Assembly (NCBI RefSeq): GCF_001194135.2
Contig: NC_068982.1
Span: forward strand, 72,980,667 to 73,020,697
Length of the DNA stretch: 40,031 bases
Source of the DNA: Octopus bimaculoides
Taxonomy: Eukaryota
Direction of reading: 5' to 3'
A program made the position numbers and the translations under genes. This document shows positions 11,501-23,695 of the stretch, piece by piece. Each line of letters starts with the position of its first letter. Positions within the stretch are counted from its first letter, which is position 1. Under the pieces are notes generated by a model, which had not been told where the DNA came from, did not search any database, and saw only the letters and a list, made by a program, of their open reading frames with translations.

Positions 11501-11904
11501 AAATATATATATATATATATATATANNNNNNNNNNNNNNNNNNNNNNNNNNNNNNNNNNNNNNNNNNNNNNNNNNNNNNNNNNNNNNNNNNNNNNNNNNN
11601 NNNNNNNNNNNNNNNNNNNNNNNNNNNNNNNNNNNNNNNNNNNNNNNNNNNNNNNNNNNNNNNNNNNNNNNNNNNNNNNNNNATATATAAAGATATGAGG
11701 GCGCAAAATAGCACCGGCAATTGCTAGAAATGAGAGTCAAAATTTAACTCGAACAACCACATAAACCACTATCCTCAATGAGATATACGTGAAAAAGTTT
11801 TGTCCCAAAACTTCATTTTGTGAATTTATCTCGCTCGCATTTCAGACTTACCATGGATGGTGAAGAGGTGTTGTTGATATGCCGTGATTTTGTCCGCTGC
11901 TACC

Positions 11905-11947
11905 AAAATCCGTTAAAAGGAAGTCCGTTATACCGAGGTATGAGTCT
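11905..11947 (-). mobile_element. Possible pogo/Tigger-like terminal fragment
   Basis: Minus strand tcatacctcggtataacggac...taacggattt resembles pogo-type TIR/subterminal repeats. No partner end found. Confidence 0.4.
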
Positions 11948-11984
11948 ATGTGTATACACACACGCGCGCGCGCACACACATATT

Positions 11985-12411
11985 CTTTTATTCTTTTACT
12001 TGGTTCAGTCATTTGACTGCGGCCATGCTGGAGCACTGCCTTTAGTCGAGCAAATCGTCCCCAGAACATATTCTTTCTAAGCCTAGTACTTGTTCTATCG
12101 GTATCTTTTGCCGAATCGCTAAGTTACGGTGGCGTAAACACACCAGCATCTGTTGTCAAGCGATGTTGGGGGACAAACACAGACACACAAATATACACAC
12201 ACACGCGCAGACACACACACACACATATGTATACGACGGGCTTCTTTCAGTTTCCATTTACCAAATCCACTCACAAGGCTTTGATTGGCAGGTTTTGGTT
12301 GGCCCGAGGCTATAGTAGAAGACACTTGCCCAAGGTGCCACGCAGTGGGACTGAAGCCGGTACCATGTAGTTGGTAAGCAAGCTACTTACCACAAAGCCA
12401 CTCCTGCGCCT
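11985..12411 (-). mobile_element. Full-length SINE family A (head, AT/GT microsatellite linker, tail, AAGAAT-type end)
   Basis: Complete bipartite structure; head tRNA-like with cttgggcaagtgtc CORE-like motif. Confidence 0.93.
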
Positions 12412-13059
12412 TATATATATATATGTATATANNNNNNNNNNNNNNNNNNNNNNNNNNNNNNNNNNNNNNNNNNNNNNNNNNNNNNNNNNNNNNNNNNNNN
12501 NNNNNNNNNNNNNNNNNNNNNNNNNNNNNNNNNNNNNNNNNNNNNNNNNNNNNNNNNNNNNNNNNNNNNNNNNNNNNNNNNNNNNNNNNNNNNNNNNNNN
12601 NNNNNNNNNNNNNNNNNNNNNNNNNNNNNNNNNNNNNNNNNNNNNNNNNNNNNNNNNNNNNNNNNNNNNNNNNNNNNNNNNNNNNNNNNNNNNNNNNNNN
12701 NNNNNNNNNNNNNNNNNNNNNNNNNNNNNNNNNNNNNNNNNNNNNNNNNNNNNNNNNNNNNNNNNNNNNNNNNNNNNNNNNNNNNNNNNNNNNNNNNNNN
12801 NNNNNNNNNNNNNNNNNNNNNNNNNNNNNNNNNNNNNNNNNNNNNNNNNNNNNNNNNNNNNNNNNNNNNNNNNNNNNNATATATATATATATATAACGCC
12901 ATTTATCAAGCTGAAAGCATGACTGTTTTTCAGATAACGTTTAAACAAAAAAGGAAACACACAAGGGAAATAATCAATATTTCAATAATTCGATGTCAAG
13001 CAGACGTAAACGAAATGTTAATGGTTTACTAAGTGTCCGACGGTCTACTTGTAAATTCC

Positions 13060-13400
13060 GACAAGGTTTTGAAATGTGGACATAAAGAAAAAATCTCGTT
13101 CCTCGAATTATTGTATGTGTGTGTATGTGTGTATTTATAAATATAAAGGATTAGGAGAAGGAAAATGGAAACCTAGAAGTTTCCACCAACGTAGCCAGTG
13201 GCTTCTTGTTAATTAGAAAACACTCTCCCAGCGGCCATAAATATTACAAAATTTTCAACCCCATAATGTCAAGGTAAGCTACTCCTTCTTAGACAACATC
13301 GCATCTAATATCGCAAGCATCAACAGACGTAAAAATACACCCACCGTAATCCCCACACCAATCCCCAACGCCAACGCTTGTTTTGCGCATGTATGCTCGC
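13060..13400 (+). mobile_element. Penelope-like element fragment (region between RT and GIY-YIG), interrupted by a microsatellite
   Basis: With one frameshift: STNVASGFLLIRKHSPSGHKYYKIFN(R)HNVKVSYSFLDNIASNIASINRRK. This matches the PLE motif KHFP..H...KIFNR..VKVSYSC..N. Confidence 0.72.
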
Positions 13401-13700
13401 GCACGCGCACGTGCGAGTGCACATATGCACACGCACACTGGTATGCATTCGTACATGCATGCGAATATACATATGTACATATGATACATATGAATGAATA
13501 CGCATGTGTGTGTATGTGTATGCGTGTATGTGTGTGCATTGTGCGTATGCGTGTGTATGTGTGTGCGTGTTCGTCCAAGCGCATGTGTATATATGTGTAT
13601 GTGTATGTGTGTGTGCAGACGTGTGCGTGCGTGCCCATTTTCAGATGCGCACACTCGCATCAATATACACATGTACGCAAAACTATATGAGCACGTCAGC
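13400..13700. repeat. Degenerate purine-pyrimidine (GT/GC/AT) microsatellite tract
   Basis: Direct inspection. Confidence 0.9.
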
Positions 13701-13779
13701 ACACCCACATATAAAACTATATACTTGCCTATGCTGCCCCTTCCTCCTTCTCCCCCTAAACAATCTAACCGATTTCTAA

Positions 13780-13970
13780 TCACCACGTGTTCTATTTCCT
13801 GTCCTCCACGCGGTCAATTTCCTGTTCGCCAAGCGGTATTTTACAACTAGCTGTTGCCCATATACCATCATCAAACCACGACACCACGTGACCTTCCTCG
13901 ACCAATCGCAGCCCACCTTTCGGTGATGACAATCAACTTCTGTAATTCAAATTCAAAATGGCTGACGACT
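13780..13970 (+). promoter_or_regulatory. Candidate Pol II promoter/enhancer motif cluster
   Basis: CACGTG at 13784, ATTTCCTGT at 13794 and 13817, CACGTGAC at 13885, GACCAATCG at 13900, CAAAATGGCTG at 13954; locally CpG-rich. Confidence 0.4.
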
Positions 13971-14109
13971 ATTGTCACGCTTGAAATTCAAGAGTACCAA
14001 CGAATTTGAGTCAAACTGTTTTGATCCATACATGTAACTCCCAATAAATTGGTTGAGTGCCCTTCTTTCGTTTGTCCACTCACTCGTATATATATATATA
14101 TATATATAT

Positions 14110-14238
14110 ATACGATGTGCTTCCGCATAGTTTCTGTCTATCAAATTCAATCATAAGCCATTGTTCGACCCACGTTGCCTTAGGTGCTGCGCAGTAGGAC
14201 CGAACCCGAAAGCACATGATTGCAAAGCGAGATTCTTA
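14110..14238 (-). mobile_element. SINE family A head, diverged
   Basis: Aligns to other A heads. Confidence 0.75.
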
Positions 14239-15224
14239 ACGACCCAGTCATGCGCCTTACAGTAAATATCTTATAATTGTTTTAGCTGCGGTCTATCCTT
14301 ACTATCAGTCTATGCGTATTAATAATTATTATTTTGTATGAGATTGTGTCGAGAATATACTAAACGTAGTCACTATTTTTCTCTTTTCCTTTTTCTTCTT
14401 TTTTATTTTTTTTTCGTTTTCCTGTCTTGTGGTTATTCACTTAGTTTCGAGTTGAGAATATTAAACTGTGACTTATGGGAAGAACGAGAATATTAATACC
14501 TATTACCTTATTTTGACATTTAGCTCAGTTTTAAGAGTATTAATCTAATGCGTCCGTAATATTCCTTCCTAATACTTTCTTGTGTGCATGTGTGTGTGCG
14601 TACGTGCGTGTGTGTTTGTGCGCGTGTGTGTATGTGTGTGTGTATGTGTGTGTGTGTGTGTGCTCGTGTTGTTGCGTACTCTTTCCAGTTATTAATTCAT
14701 AAACATTTCGAGTACGTTTGCTTTAATTCTCTTATCTTTCTGTTTTGACGTCTCCTGTTTAAAGATGACAACGGTGATCTTCATTAAATTTCCTCTCTTC
14801 AAGGTTAGGTTGCAGCAATTCACATCTAGCCTAGTTTAGTAAGTTGGTAAAATGTGTTAAAAACAACGAGTGAAAAGCAACGAGTGAAAAGTGTAAATGT
14901 TTCCCTGGTATATTCCTCTTTTTAATGGAGATAGATTTCATTCTCATAATTCCCTATTTTGTTTGTAACTCAGAAATCTTTGCTGTTTCATAATGACATC
15001 ATTGATATATCTGCTTGCTATTTGTGATACCTTATTCGGTACCGTTTGTTATATGCGCTACTTACTCAAGACTTGACTCAAAATCCACCGGTGGGGAAAC
15101 ATGTGAGCATTTATCCTTTGCGATGTTATTTTAGAGGGATGTATTGAAGACAGATATTCTGGGTATGAGATCTTTTGGCGTCGCTGATTCGACTTACTTG
15201 ACATCAAAGATCTTAATGCTTCTC

Positions 15225-15338
15225 TCGTTTTGATGCTTCTCTCGTTTTGATGCTTCTTTCATTTTCTCCCCTCTCCTTGCCTCTCTCTTTCTCCTTCTCT
15301 TTCTCTTTTCTCCCTTTCCTCCATCTTGCTCTCTCTCT

Positions 15339-15402
<64 letters not shown>
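15225..15402. repeat. ~18-bp tandem repeat (atgcttctctcgttttg) grading into (CT)n
   Basis: Direct inspection. Confidence 0.9.
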
Positions 15403-15753
15403 NNNNNNNNNNNNNNNNNNNNNNNNNNNNNNNNNNNNNNNNNNNNNNNNNNNNNNNNNNNNNNNNNNNNNNNNNNNNNNNNNNNNNNNNNNNNNNNNNN
15501 NNNNNNNNNNNNNNNNNNNNNNNNNNNNNNNNNNNNNNNNNNNNNNNNNNNNNNNNNNNNNNNNNNNNNNNNNNNNNNNNNNNNNNNNNNNNNNNNNNNN
15601 NNNNNNNNNNNNNNNNNNNNNNNNNNNNNNNNNNNNNNNNNNNNNNNNNNNNNNNNNNNNNNNNNNNNNNNNNNNNNNNNNNNNNNNNNNNNNNNNNNNN
15701 NNNNNNNNNNNNNNNNNNNNNNNNNNNNNNNNNNNNNNNNNNNNNNNNNNNNN

Positions 15754-15811
<58 letters not shown>

Positions 15812-16085
15812 ACACGCACATATATAAACGCGCGTGAGTCGTCTAAGAGACCATAAGTCAGGGAAAAGATGTACTCGTATATCTGTCAGTAGAGTGGATA
15901 TATTATCTCCGAAATGTATAGAGTGCAGTCACCATATTTCCTTCTAAATCGGCGAACTCTGATGAGCGTAAAGTTATATAATCGGTTTGTTACCTAACAC
16001 TCAATTGTATTCTTTACGCGAAACCGATTGGCAAGACCAGCTGTGATGGATATTTAATACTATACATTTCGGATTATATATATAC

Positions 16086-16250
16086 ACGACGGACTTCTTT
16101 CAGTTTCCGTCTACCAAATCGACTCACAAGGCTTGGTTGACCTGAGGCTATAGTAGAAGTCACATGCCCAAGGTGCCATACAGTGTGATTGAACCTGGGC
16201 CATGCGGTTTGGAAGCAGACTTCTTACCACATAGCCACACCTGCACCTGT
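16086..16250 (-). mobile_element. SINE family A head
   Basis: gacggacttctttcagtttccgtctaccaaat...ttcttaccacatagccacacctgc. Confidence 0.9.
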
Positions 16251-16761
16251 GTATATTTCTGTGTGCGAGCGTATGTTTTCCTCTAGCACCAAAAAGTACT
16301 GTCGCCAAAAAAACAGGCCAAATGTCCAATCAGCCGTACCAGATCGCTGCGCTCTGTCATATCATTCCGGATATCCTTGTAAAATCTTTGTAAACTGAAG
16401 GCAGATAGATTATATACATTTAGTTTTTAACGTTTGTTGTTTTGTCGGTGTTGTGGTAAAATAAGATTGTTGTCTGATAGTAAACCATCCATAAATTCTT
16501 TCTAATTCTTTCTATATATCGATAAATATTTTTGAAAGCATTTCTCATGTTGCTTGTGACATATTTTATGCAAAAGTTTGGATTTTATCCTTTCATATTT
16601 TCCTCTTGCTCATTTTTATAACGGTCAAAATAATTGCTTATGTGGTTATTGATTCTCGCCATTGTTCATACTCTGTACTTATTGTTTTAAACATAGCCGT
16701 CCATAGCAGTCCATTTCCTATCCTCTCTCGTTGTTGGCACTACATTGATTTTTATTTCATA

Positions 16762-17245
16762 CTGGCAGTATAGCCCGGCTTTGCCCGGGATTAAGTTAGG
16801 ATTATTAAGCTAATCAAGTTCTTTATTTCAAACCATACTAAGTAACATCGACGTCAAATTTGGGCGAAATCCGTTGAAATTGGTAAACTTTTGGCTGAAA
16901 ATGAGTTGCAGACAACTTGATTGGGTAATCCCATAAGGAATCGGTTTATCGATTTTTTCCACTCATCGATTTTTTTTTAACGTTTTTGGAGCACTTAAAG
17001 CATTCAAAGATCCTATGAGTCCTAAGTAATGCTGGCATCAAGTTTGAGCAAAATACATCAAAATTGGTAAAAGTTGGGTGAAAATGGAGTGTAGCCATTT
17101 TTATTGGGAAATCCTTTAAGGAATGGGTTTATCGATTTTTTTTTTATCCTGATTAAATGGAAAACCCCATAAGGAATCAGTTTATTGATTTTTCACCCAA
17201 ATAGAACAACATATTGCTGATTCAAAAACATCTATATTTATACTT
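16762..17245 (-). mobile_element. Probable non-autonomous Helitron with internal ~185-bp repeats
   Basis: On the minus strand a CCCGG-gcaaag-CCGGG hairpin lies ~8 nt before CCAG|T (CTAG with one mismatch). Internal units at 16856-16975, 17040-17140 and a partial one at 17160-17195. The 5' TC end is not clear. Confidence 0.58.
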
Positions 17246-17565
17246 TAAAGTTGGTTTTCTCACCCAACCCAGTTCTGCAGAATCAGTGTCGCGACGGTAG
17301 CGCATGGGTTGGGAGTTTGATCGGCAGAGGTGATCAGGTTGTACATGCTAGCCCTTTGAAAACACCACCCCATCACCTAATCCCTCTTTGCCCATGGGTT
17401 GGGAACCCTTCTAGCAAGGAAAATAGAATGTCCAAAAGGGCTCCCGATTCTGTGTCAAGCGGGTATGTTCAGATGACAACTAAGTCTGAAGTTTATATAT
17501 ATATATATGGGCAACACATACGTACGTACACCTATTGCATACATGTTTTTTGTACGCATACATGT

Positions 17566-17596
<31 letters not shown>

Positions 17597-18379
17597 NNNN
17601 NNNNNNNNNNNNNNNNNNNNNNNNNNNNNNNNNNNNNNNNNNNNNNNNNNNNNNNNNNNNNNNNNNNNNNNNNNNNNNNNNNNNNNNNNNNNNNNNNNNN
17701 NNNNNNNNNNNNNNNNNNNNNNNNNNNNNNNNNNNNNNNNNNNNNNNNNNNNNNNNNNNNNNNNNNNNNNNNNNNNNNNNNNNNNNNNNNNNNNNNNNNN
17801 NNNNNNNNNNNNNNNNNNNNNNNNNNNNNNNNNNNNNNNNNNNNNNNNNNNNNNNNNNNNNNNNNNNNNNNNNNNNNNNNNNNNNNNNNNNNNNNNNNNN
17901 NNNNNNNNNNNNNNNNNNNNNNNNNNNNNNNNNNNNNNNNNNNNNNNNNNNNNNNNNNNNNNNNNNNNNNNNNNNNNNNNNNNNNNNNNNNNNNNNNNNN
18001 NNNNNNNNNNNNNNNNNNNNNNNNNNNNNNNNNNNNNNNNNNNNNNNNNNNNNNNNNNNNNNNNNNNNNNNNNNNNNNNNNNNNNNNNNNNNNNNNNNNN
18101 NNNNNNNNNNNNNNNNNNNNNNNNNNNNNNNNNNNNNNNNNNNNNNNNNNNNNNNNNNNNNNNNNNNNNNNNNNNNNNNNNNNNNNNNNNNNNNNNNNNN
18201 NNNNNNNNNNNNNNNNNNNNNNNNNNNNNNNNNNNNNNNNNNNNNNNNNNNNNNNNNNNNNNNNNNNNNNNNNNNNNNNNNNNNNNNNNNNNNNNNNNNN
18301 NNNNNNACACACACACACACACACATCCTGCCTTTTATATACACAGATTTACGTAGTTTTTGGTAAAGCTTTTGTGGAT

Positions 18380-19275
18380 TAGAATCGAGCTGCTTTCTTC
18401 AAAGAATCGCTGATATTGGTTTTGAAAAACTCTGTTGGCGACTAGAAATGTCCAAAAGTTATCTAAACAGTAAAAGAATTAAAAAAAAAACAGATGGAAG
18501 AACAACAGAAAAAGTAATGGAAAGCGAGGGAATTACGTGGCCAATTTAAGCAACAACCAAACATGTTAGAAGTAAAGAACACTGGTTACAGCTGACGAAT
18601 GTAAGCTTGAAACGAAAATCCGAAGTGCTAATTACAGCCGCTCAGAGTTAAGGCATTGCGACGATTAGATGAATGTAAAGATTGACAAAACTTAGCCTCA
18701 GGGCAAATTCAAAAGCTGTGGGAGTCGAAAGGATCAACAATCTCTTGAGTGAGTGCAGTAAGATAGCACAAATAGGATGTAAACGCAGGCATGATTGTGA
18801 TGGTAAAAGATACATTGAAATATCAGCCGAATGTATGGCCTTGAAGTAACAGGGAAATGGTACGGACACGAATCAGAAGCTGTAAGAGAGAACAGAAATT
18901 ACAGGATTTTATGAAACTTCCCCATAAAGACTAACCATACTTTCTGAAGCAATGAGACCCGGTATGGTTATAGAGGACAAAAAAAGGTGTAAGATCATAA
19001 AAAACAAACGAGAAAAATCAGAACCTAGCTGAAAAGTTTAAGAAATTAATAAAGTTAATCCTGTGCTTGGCACAACACCCAAACTTCAACCTAAAAGGCT
19101 GGAGAATATCGGAATTGAAACTGAGCAGAGGCGACCTGCACAAAAATGCCATCCTGCATTTTACAAGAATCCTAAGAAAGATTCTTGAGATTTGAGGGGA
19201 CTTGTTCTCATGAAAACCTTAACATAACACCTCTGCTAACTAATATGGCATACATTAGCTTTAGTAATAATCCTT
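18380..19275 (+). mobile_element. Decayed 3' part of an R4/Dong-like RLE non-LTR retrotransposon
   Basis: WKARELRGQF; LKRKSEVLITAAQ; INNLLSECSKIAQIGCKRRHD; GLEVTGKWYGHE..VREN..RIL*NF; MRP(G)MVIEDKKRCKII; AILHFTRILRKILEI with a stop at ~19195; ends in TAATAA. Confidence 0.85.
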
Positions 19276-19287
19276 TCTATAATAAAC

Positions 19288-20045
19288 TCAAGGCCCGGAA
19301 TTTTGGAGGTAGGGGTAAGTCGATTATATCGATCCCAGTGCTCAACTAGTCTTTATTTTATCGATCCCGAGAAGGTGAAAGGCAAGGTCAACCTCAGTGG
19401 AATTTGAACTCAGAACATAAAACGCACGAACTACCGCTAAGCATTTTGCTCGACATGCTAATGATTCTATCAATAATACAAAAAATAATAATGATTTCAA
19501 ATTCTGGTACAAGGCTAGCAGGTTTGGGAGTGGGGATAAGTCGTTTACATCGACTCCAGTGCTCAACCGATACTTATTTTATCGATTCCAGTGCACAACC
19601 GGTACTTATTTTATCGACTCCAAAAGGATGAAAGGCAAAATCGACCTCGGTGGAATTTGAACTCAGAGTGTATAGACAGACGAAATGCCGCTAAACATTT
19701 TGCCCGACATGCTAACAATTCTGCCAATAATACTGCCAATAATACTAATTGTAAAACTACTACCACAAATAATAATAGAGTGCTATTTTTATAAATTTGC
19801 TAATTTTAAAGTAACTTAATTGTAAGTACCTGCTTTCAAATTTTGGCTCAAATCTAGCAATTTTTGAGGGGAATGATGTTTGTCAATAATAATTACCCAA
19901 GTAGAAGACTGGTACTTTTTCTATCGACTCCGAAAGATAAAGCTAACCTCGACGGGATTTGAACTCAAAACATACAGAGCCACAAAAAATGCCGCTAAGC
20001 GTTTTTTCGAGGGTGCTAACGATTGTGCCAGCTCGCCGCCTTGTT
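19288..20045 (-). mobile_element. Three same-orientation SINE family B copies (19288-19475, 19490-19730, 19830-20045)
   Basis: Each has ggaatttgaactcaga(a) and cctcggtgg/cctcagtgg-type motifs. The middle copy has a ~29-bp internal duplication. Confidence 0.88.
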
Positions 20046-20444
20046 AATAGGATCAGAGTCGGTTTGCACAGTTGTTAGACTATCTAGTGTAGAACAGACG
20101 ATAAGTATGAGCATATATAATGTATCTGTTTTTTTCTTTGATATAGTTGCATTAGTAGATCATAATAGCTGCGCCTGTAATATAATGGTATTGGGGAATA
20201 ACATCATAATATATTGGAAAAAACAAGGAAGATTTGATTAGAAAAAAGGAAAAAGGAAGAAAGGAAAAAAAATAGGAAATAATAAACTGTGAAAAAGAGT
20301 AAGGTGTGAAGGATAACGTTAAAGCCATAGAAATATAGAGTGAAATAGATAAGAAGGTTAATTTCTATAATAATAAATGTAGATACATCTGAATATGGAT
20401 ATCAAAATTAAAGTATAGATGTGTGCGAATATCAGAAACATATA

Positions 20445-20500
20445 ATATACGTTTGTCCCCTCTATGTTTAGCCCCTTGTGGGCAATAAAGAAATAAGAAA
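20445..20500 (+). mobile_element. SINE tail fragment (tgtttagccccttgtggg...aaagaaataa)
   Basis: Resembles a recalled octopus SINE 3' end; no partner in the window. Confidence 0.45.
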
Positions 20501-20782
20501 CATATGATATACGTAGAAAGAAGAGTTGAGCTGAATAATCAAACGTATACATATATATTGTACGTTAATATTGGACAGTGAGAATGAGTGCTTAATACCG
20601 CATTGGTGGATAAATATTCTTTCTTTGTGGGTTAATTAAGCTACCTTTGGTTTTATGTTAAAGGTGGTATATCTCTTAACAATTATCAAGTTTGTTTTAT
20701 GGGATATTGACGTTCGTTTCCATCTTGCATGAAAATGCCTCTCTTAATATGAAATCAATGGTAGCCTGGTTAGCACATAAAT

Positions 20783-20820
<38 letters not shown>

Positions 20821-20977
20821 NNNNNNNNNNNNNNNNNNNNNNNNNNNNNNNNNNNNNNNNNNNNNNNNNNNNNNNNNNNNNNNNNNNNNNNNNNNNNNNN
20901 NNNNNNNNNNNNNNNNNNNNNNNNNNNNNNNNNNNNNNNNNNNNNNNNNNNNNNNNNNNNNNNNNNNNNNNNNNNNN

Positions 20978-21960
20978 GAATTCAAAACCACACTTAACAA
21001 CATACATCCAAACATTCAGTTTACTATGGAATTCACCAAACATCATCTCCCTTTTCTTGATCTCCTAATTATAAAAACACCTAACAACCAAACCACAACC
21101 GAGATCTACCACAAACCTACAGACTCACAACAATACCTCCTCTTCAGCTCATGCCACCCAAAACACACCGAGAAAAATATCCCCTTCAACTTAGCTAAAA
21201 GGATTTGCACCATTGTCTCTGACCCAACCACTCGAGAAATACGCCTGCAAGACCTAAAAAAAAAACACTATTACAACGCCAATATCCCTCCACACTCATA
21301 GACTATGGAATAAAACGTGCCAAGGAACTCGACAATAACACCCTGAAAACCACCTAACACAGTAACACACCCAACCTCAAAATACTTCCATACATTGCTA
21401 TCCACAACCCCCACAACATCGAAGCATACACCACAGTCATACAAGACCTCTCCTTATCAATACACATAAAATCCTTAAATGCAAAAGGCAACACAAATCA
21501 TTGAAAAAACTCTTAACAAATACCAAACTACACACACCACATCCACCCCCATCAGTTAAAAAATGTGCATGTCTTAACTGTGGTACCTGCCCCTACCTAC
21601 TTGAAGGCCCTGAATTTACTTTCAAACAAGGAACAAAGTTTAAAATCAAGACCAACATCTCTTGTTCCTTCGAGAACCTCATTTACGTCCTTACATGCGC
21701 AGGCTGCCAACACAATTATATTGGACAGATGAGCCTTCCTTTACGCAGAAGAGTAGCAGTCCATAAAGAACAGATAAATCTCCCACAATAGCGTGAAATT
21801 CCACTCAGTGACCCCATAGACTCTTACACTAGAAATAAAAATCTCAAATTTCTTATATTCCCTTTCTATCAATATAAAGACAGAATCTCTACACAAGAAA
21901 GAATCAACAAGGAGAATCTTTTCATTGAAAAATTCCAAACGATTCTTAATATGTAAACTC
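20978..21960 (+). mobile_element. Penelope-like element: RT C-terminus/thumb plus GIY-YIG endonuclease, frameshifted
   Basis: EFKTTLNNIHPNIQFTME..LPFLDL..IYHKPTDSQQYLLFSSCHPKH..NIPFNLAKRICTI; CLNCGTCPY; NISCSFENLIYVLTCAGCQHNYIGQ; FIEKFQ. Confidence 0.93.
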
Positions 21961-22859
21961 CACGGTGACTGTATTCCTTTTTCTAGCCTACCTAATTAAA
22001 TACATATATATTTGTTACTTGTATTTCTAAGAACAGACATAAGCATGCTGTTGACAAAGAATTCAGCATTCCAATTAAAGAGTATAAAACCCACAGAATT
22101 GTCCCCCCTTATCCACAGGAACTGGATAACCCCTACCCCATTTCCTGTTTTGGCACATAAACATCCAGCCTTATCGAGCAAAATACTACACTTGAAACAC
22201 ATGCATCCTAATCCTTNNNNNNNNNNNNNNNNNNNNNNNNNNNNNNNNNNNNNNNNNNNNNNNNNNNNNNNNNNNNNNNNNNNNNNNNNNNNNNNNNNNN
22301 NNNNNNNNNNNNNNNNNNNNNNNNNNNNNNNNNNNNNNNNNNNNNNNNNNNNNNNNNNNNNNNNNNNNNNNNNNNNNNNNNNNNNNNNNNNNNNNNNNNN
22401 NNNNNNNNNNNNNNNNNNNNNNNNNNNNNNNNNNNNNNNNNNNNNNNNNNNNNNNNNNNNNNNNNNNNNNNNNNNNNNNNNNNNNNNNNNNNNNNNNNNN
22501 NNNNNNNNNNNNNNNNNNNNNNNNNNNNNNNNNNNNNNNNNNNNNNNNNNNNNNNNNNNNNNNNNNNNNNNNNNNNNNNNNNNNNNNNNNNNNNNNNNNN
22601 NNNNNNNNNNNNNNNNNNNNNNNNNNNNNNNNNNNNNNNNNNNNNNNNNNNNNNNNNNNNNNNNNNNNNNNNNNNNNNNNNNNNNNNNNNNNNNNNNNNN
22701 NNNNNNNNNNNNNNNNNNNNNNNNNNNNNNNNNNNNNNNNNNNNNNNNNNNNNNNNNNNNNNNNNNNNNNNNNNNNNNNNNNNNNNNNNNNNNNNNNNNN
22801 NNNNNNNNNNNNNNNNNNNNNNNNNNNNNNNNNNNNNNNNNNNNNNNNNNNNNNNNNNN

Positions 22860-22924
<65 letters not shown>

Positions 22925-23254
22925 GCATAGTGAGGTAAATAATAAATATCCATACCTTGATATCTCAAAGTTTCGTGTGTTACATATGCAATCGTCAGTG
23001 GAGGAAAAGAATGATGTTATAATGATAAAAATATACGAAACTTATAGCAGGACGGCGTGTTGTGTTTTTTGTAAAAGAAACGAAATTAAACAGGACAAAG
23101 AGGATCACAATGAATAAATAAAAAAAGAAAAGAAAAAAATCACTTTAATACATGCATACTCACACCTCTTGGAAAATATATGTAAATCAAATAATATTAA
23201 AATTGTTCTACTTTGTTAAGAAGAAACTAAATATTAAATTAAAACTTGCAACGT

Positions 23255-23282
23255 CTATCTATCTACCTATCTATCTACCTAC

Positions 23283-23363
<81 letters not shown>

Positions 23364-23385
23364 AATCTATCTATCTATCTATACA
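23255..23385. repeat. (ATCT)n microsatellite
   Basis: Direct inspection. Confidence 0.97.
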
Positions 23386-23519
23386 CAATGGTATGATGTA
23401 CTGATATATGAATATTAATGTCACGATTTTTTATTTCTTCGAGAGGTGTGAGTATGCATACATAATAATAGTAACACTTTTGTTCATCTTGCTGAAATAA
23501 GTACTAGGTGCTTCAGCAT

Positions 23520-23566
23520 CATGATCGTGATCATTTCCACCACCACCACCACCATCATGATCGTCG

Positions 23567-23617
<51 letters not shown>

Positions 23618-23695
23618 ATATCATCATCATCAATAGCAGTATCACCACTACCACCATCTCCATCATGTAGTCCTCACCACTGCCATCACTACCAC
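23520..23695. repeat. Compound (CAC)/(CAT)n trinucleotide array running into a gap
   Basis: Direct inspection. Confidence 0.95.

Noticed and set aside
11846-11947. Candidate 94-nt minus-strand exon (AG at 11947, ATG|GTAAGT at 11851)
   Set aside because: No polypyrimidine tract, no recognisable peptide, and the 5' half resembles a pogo-type terminal repeat. RNA-seq would settle it.
13279-13400. Minus-strand hydrophobic ORF (ALGIGVGITVGVFL...) and AG|GTAAG donor at 13273
   Set aside because: Better explained as the antisense and sense readings of a Penelope-like fragment.
15060-15200. Two GTAAGT donors on the minus strand
   Set aside because: No convincing acceptor or meaningful reading frame.
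17255-17480. GC-richer stretch with repeated catgggttggg, RTE 5'UTR-like
   Set aside because: Similarity too vague to assign.
19288-20045. Regularly recurring repeats resembling a CRISPR or other array
   Set aside because: These are 190-240-bp SINE copies with irregular spacing in a eukaryotic context.
22012-22216. Open frame downstream of the Penelope-like element
   Set aside because: No motif recognised, and it is truncated by a gap. It may be part of a PLE tandem repeat but this is unsupported.
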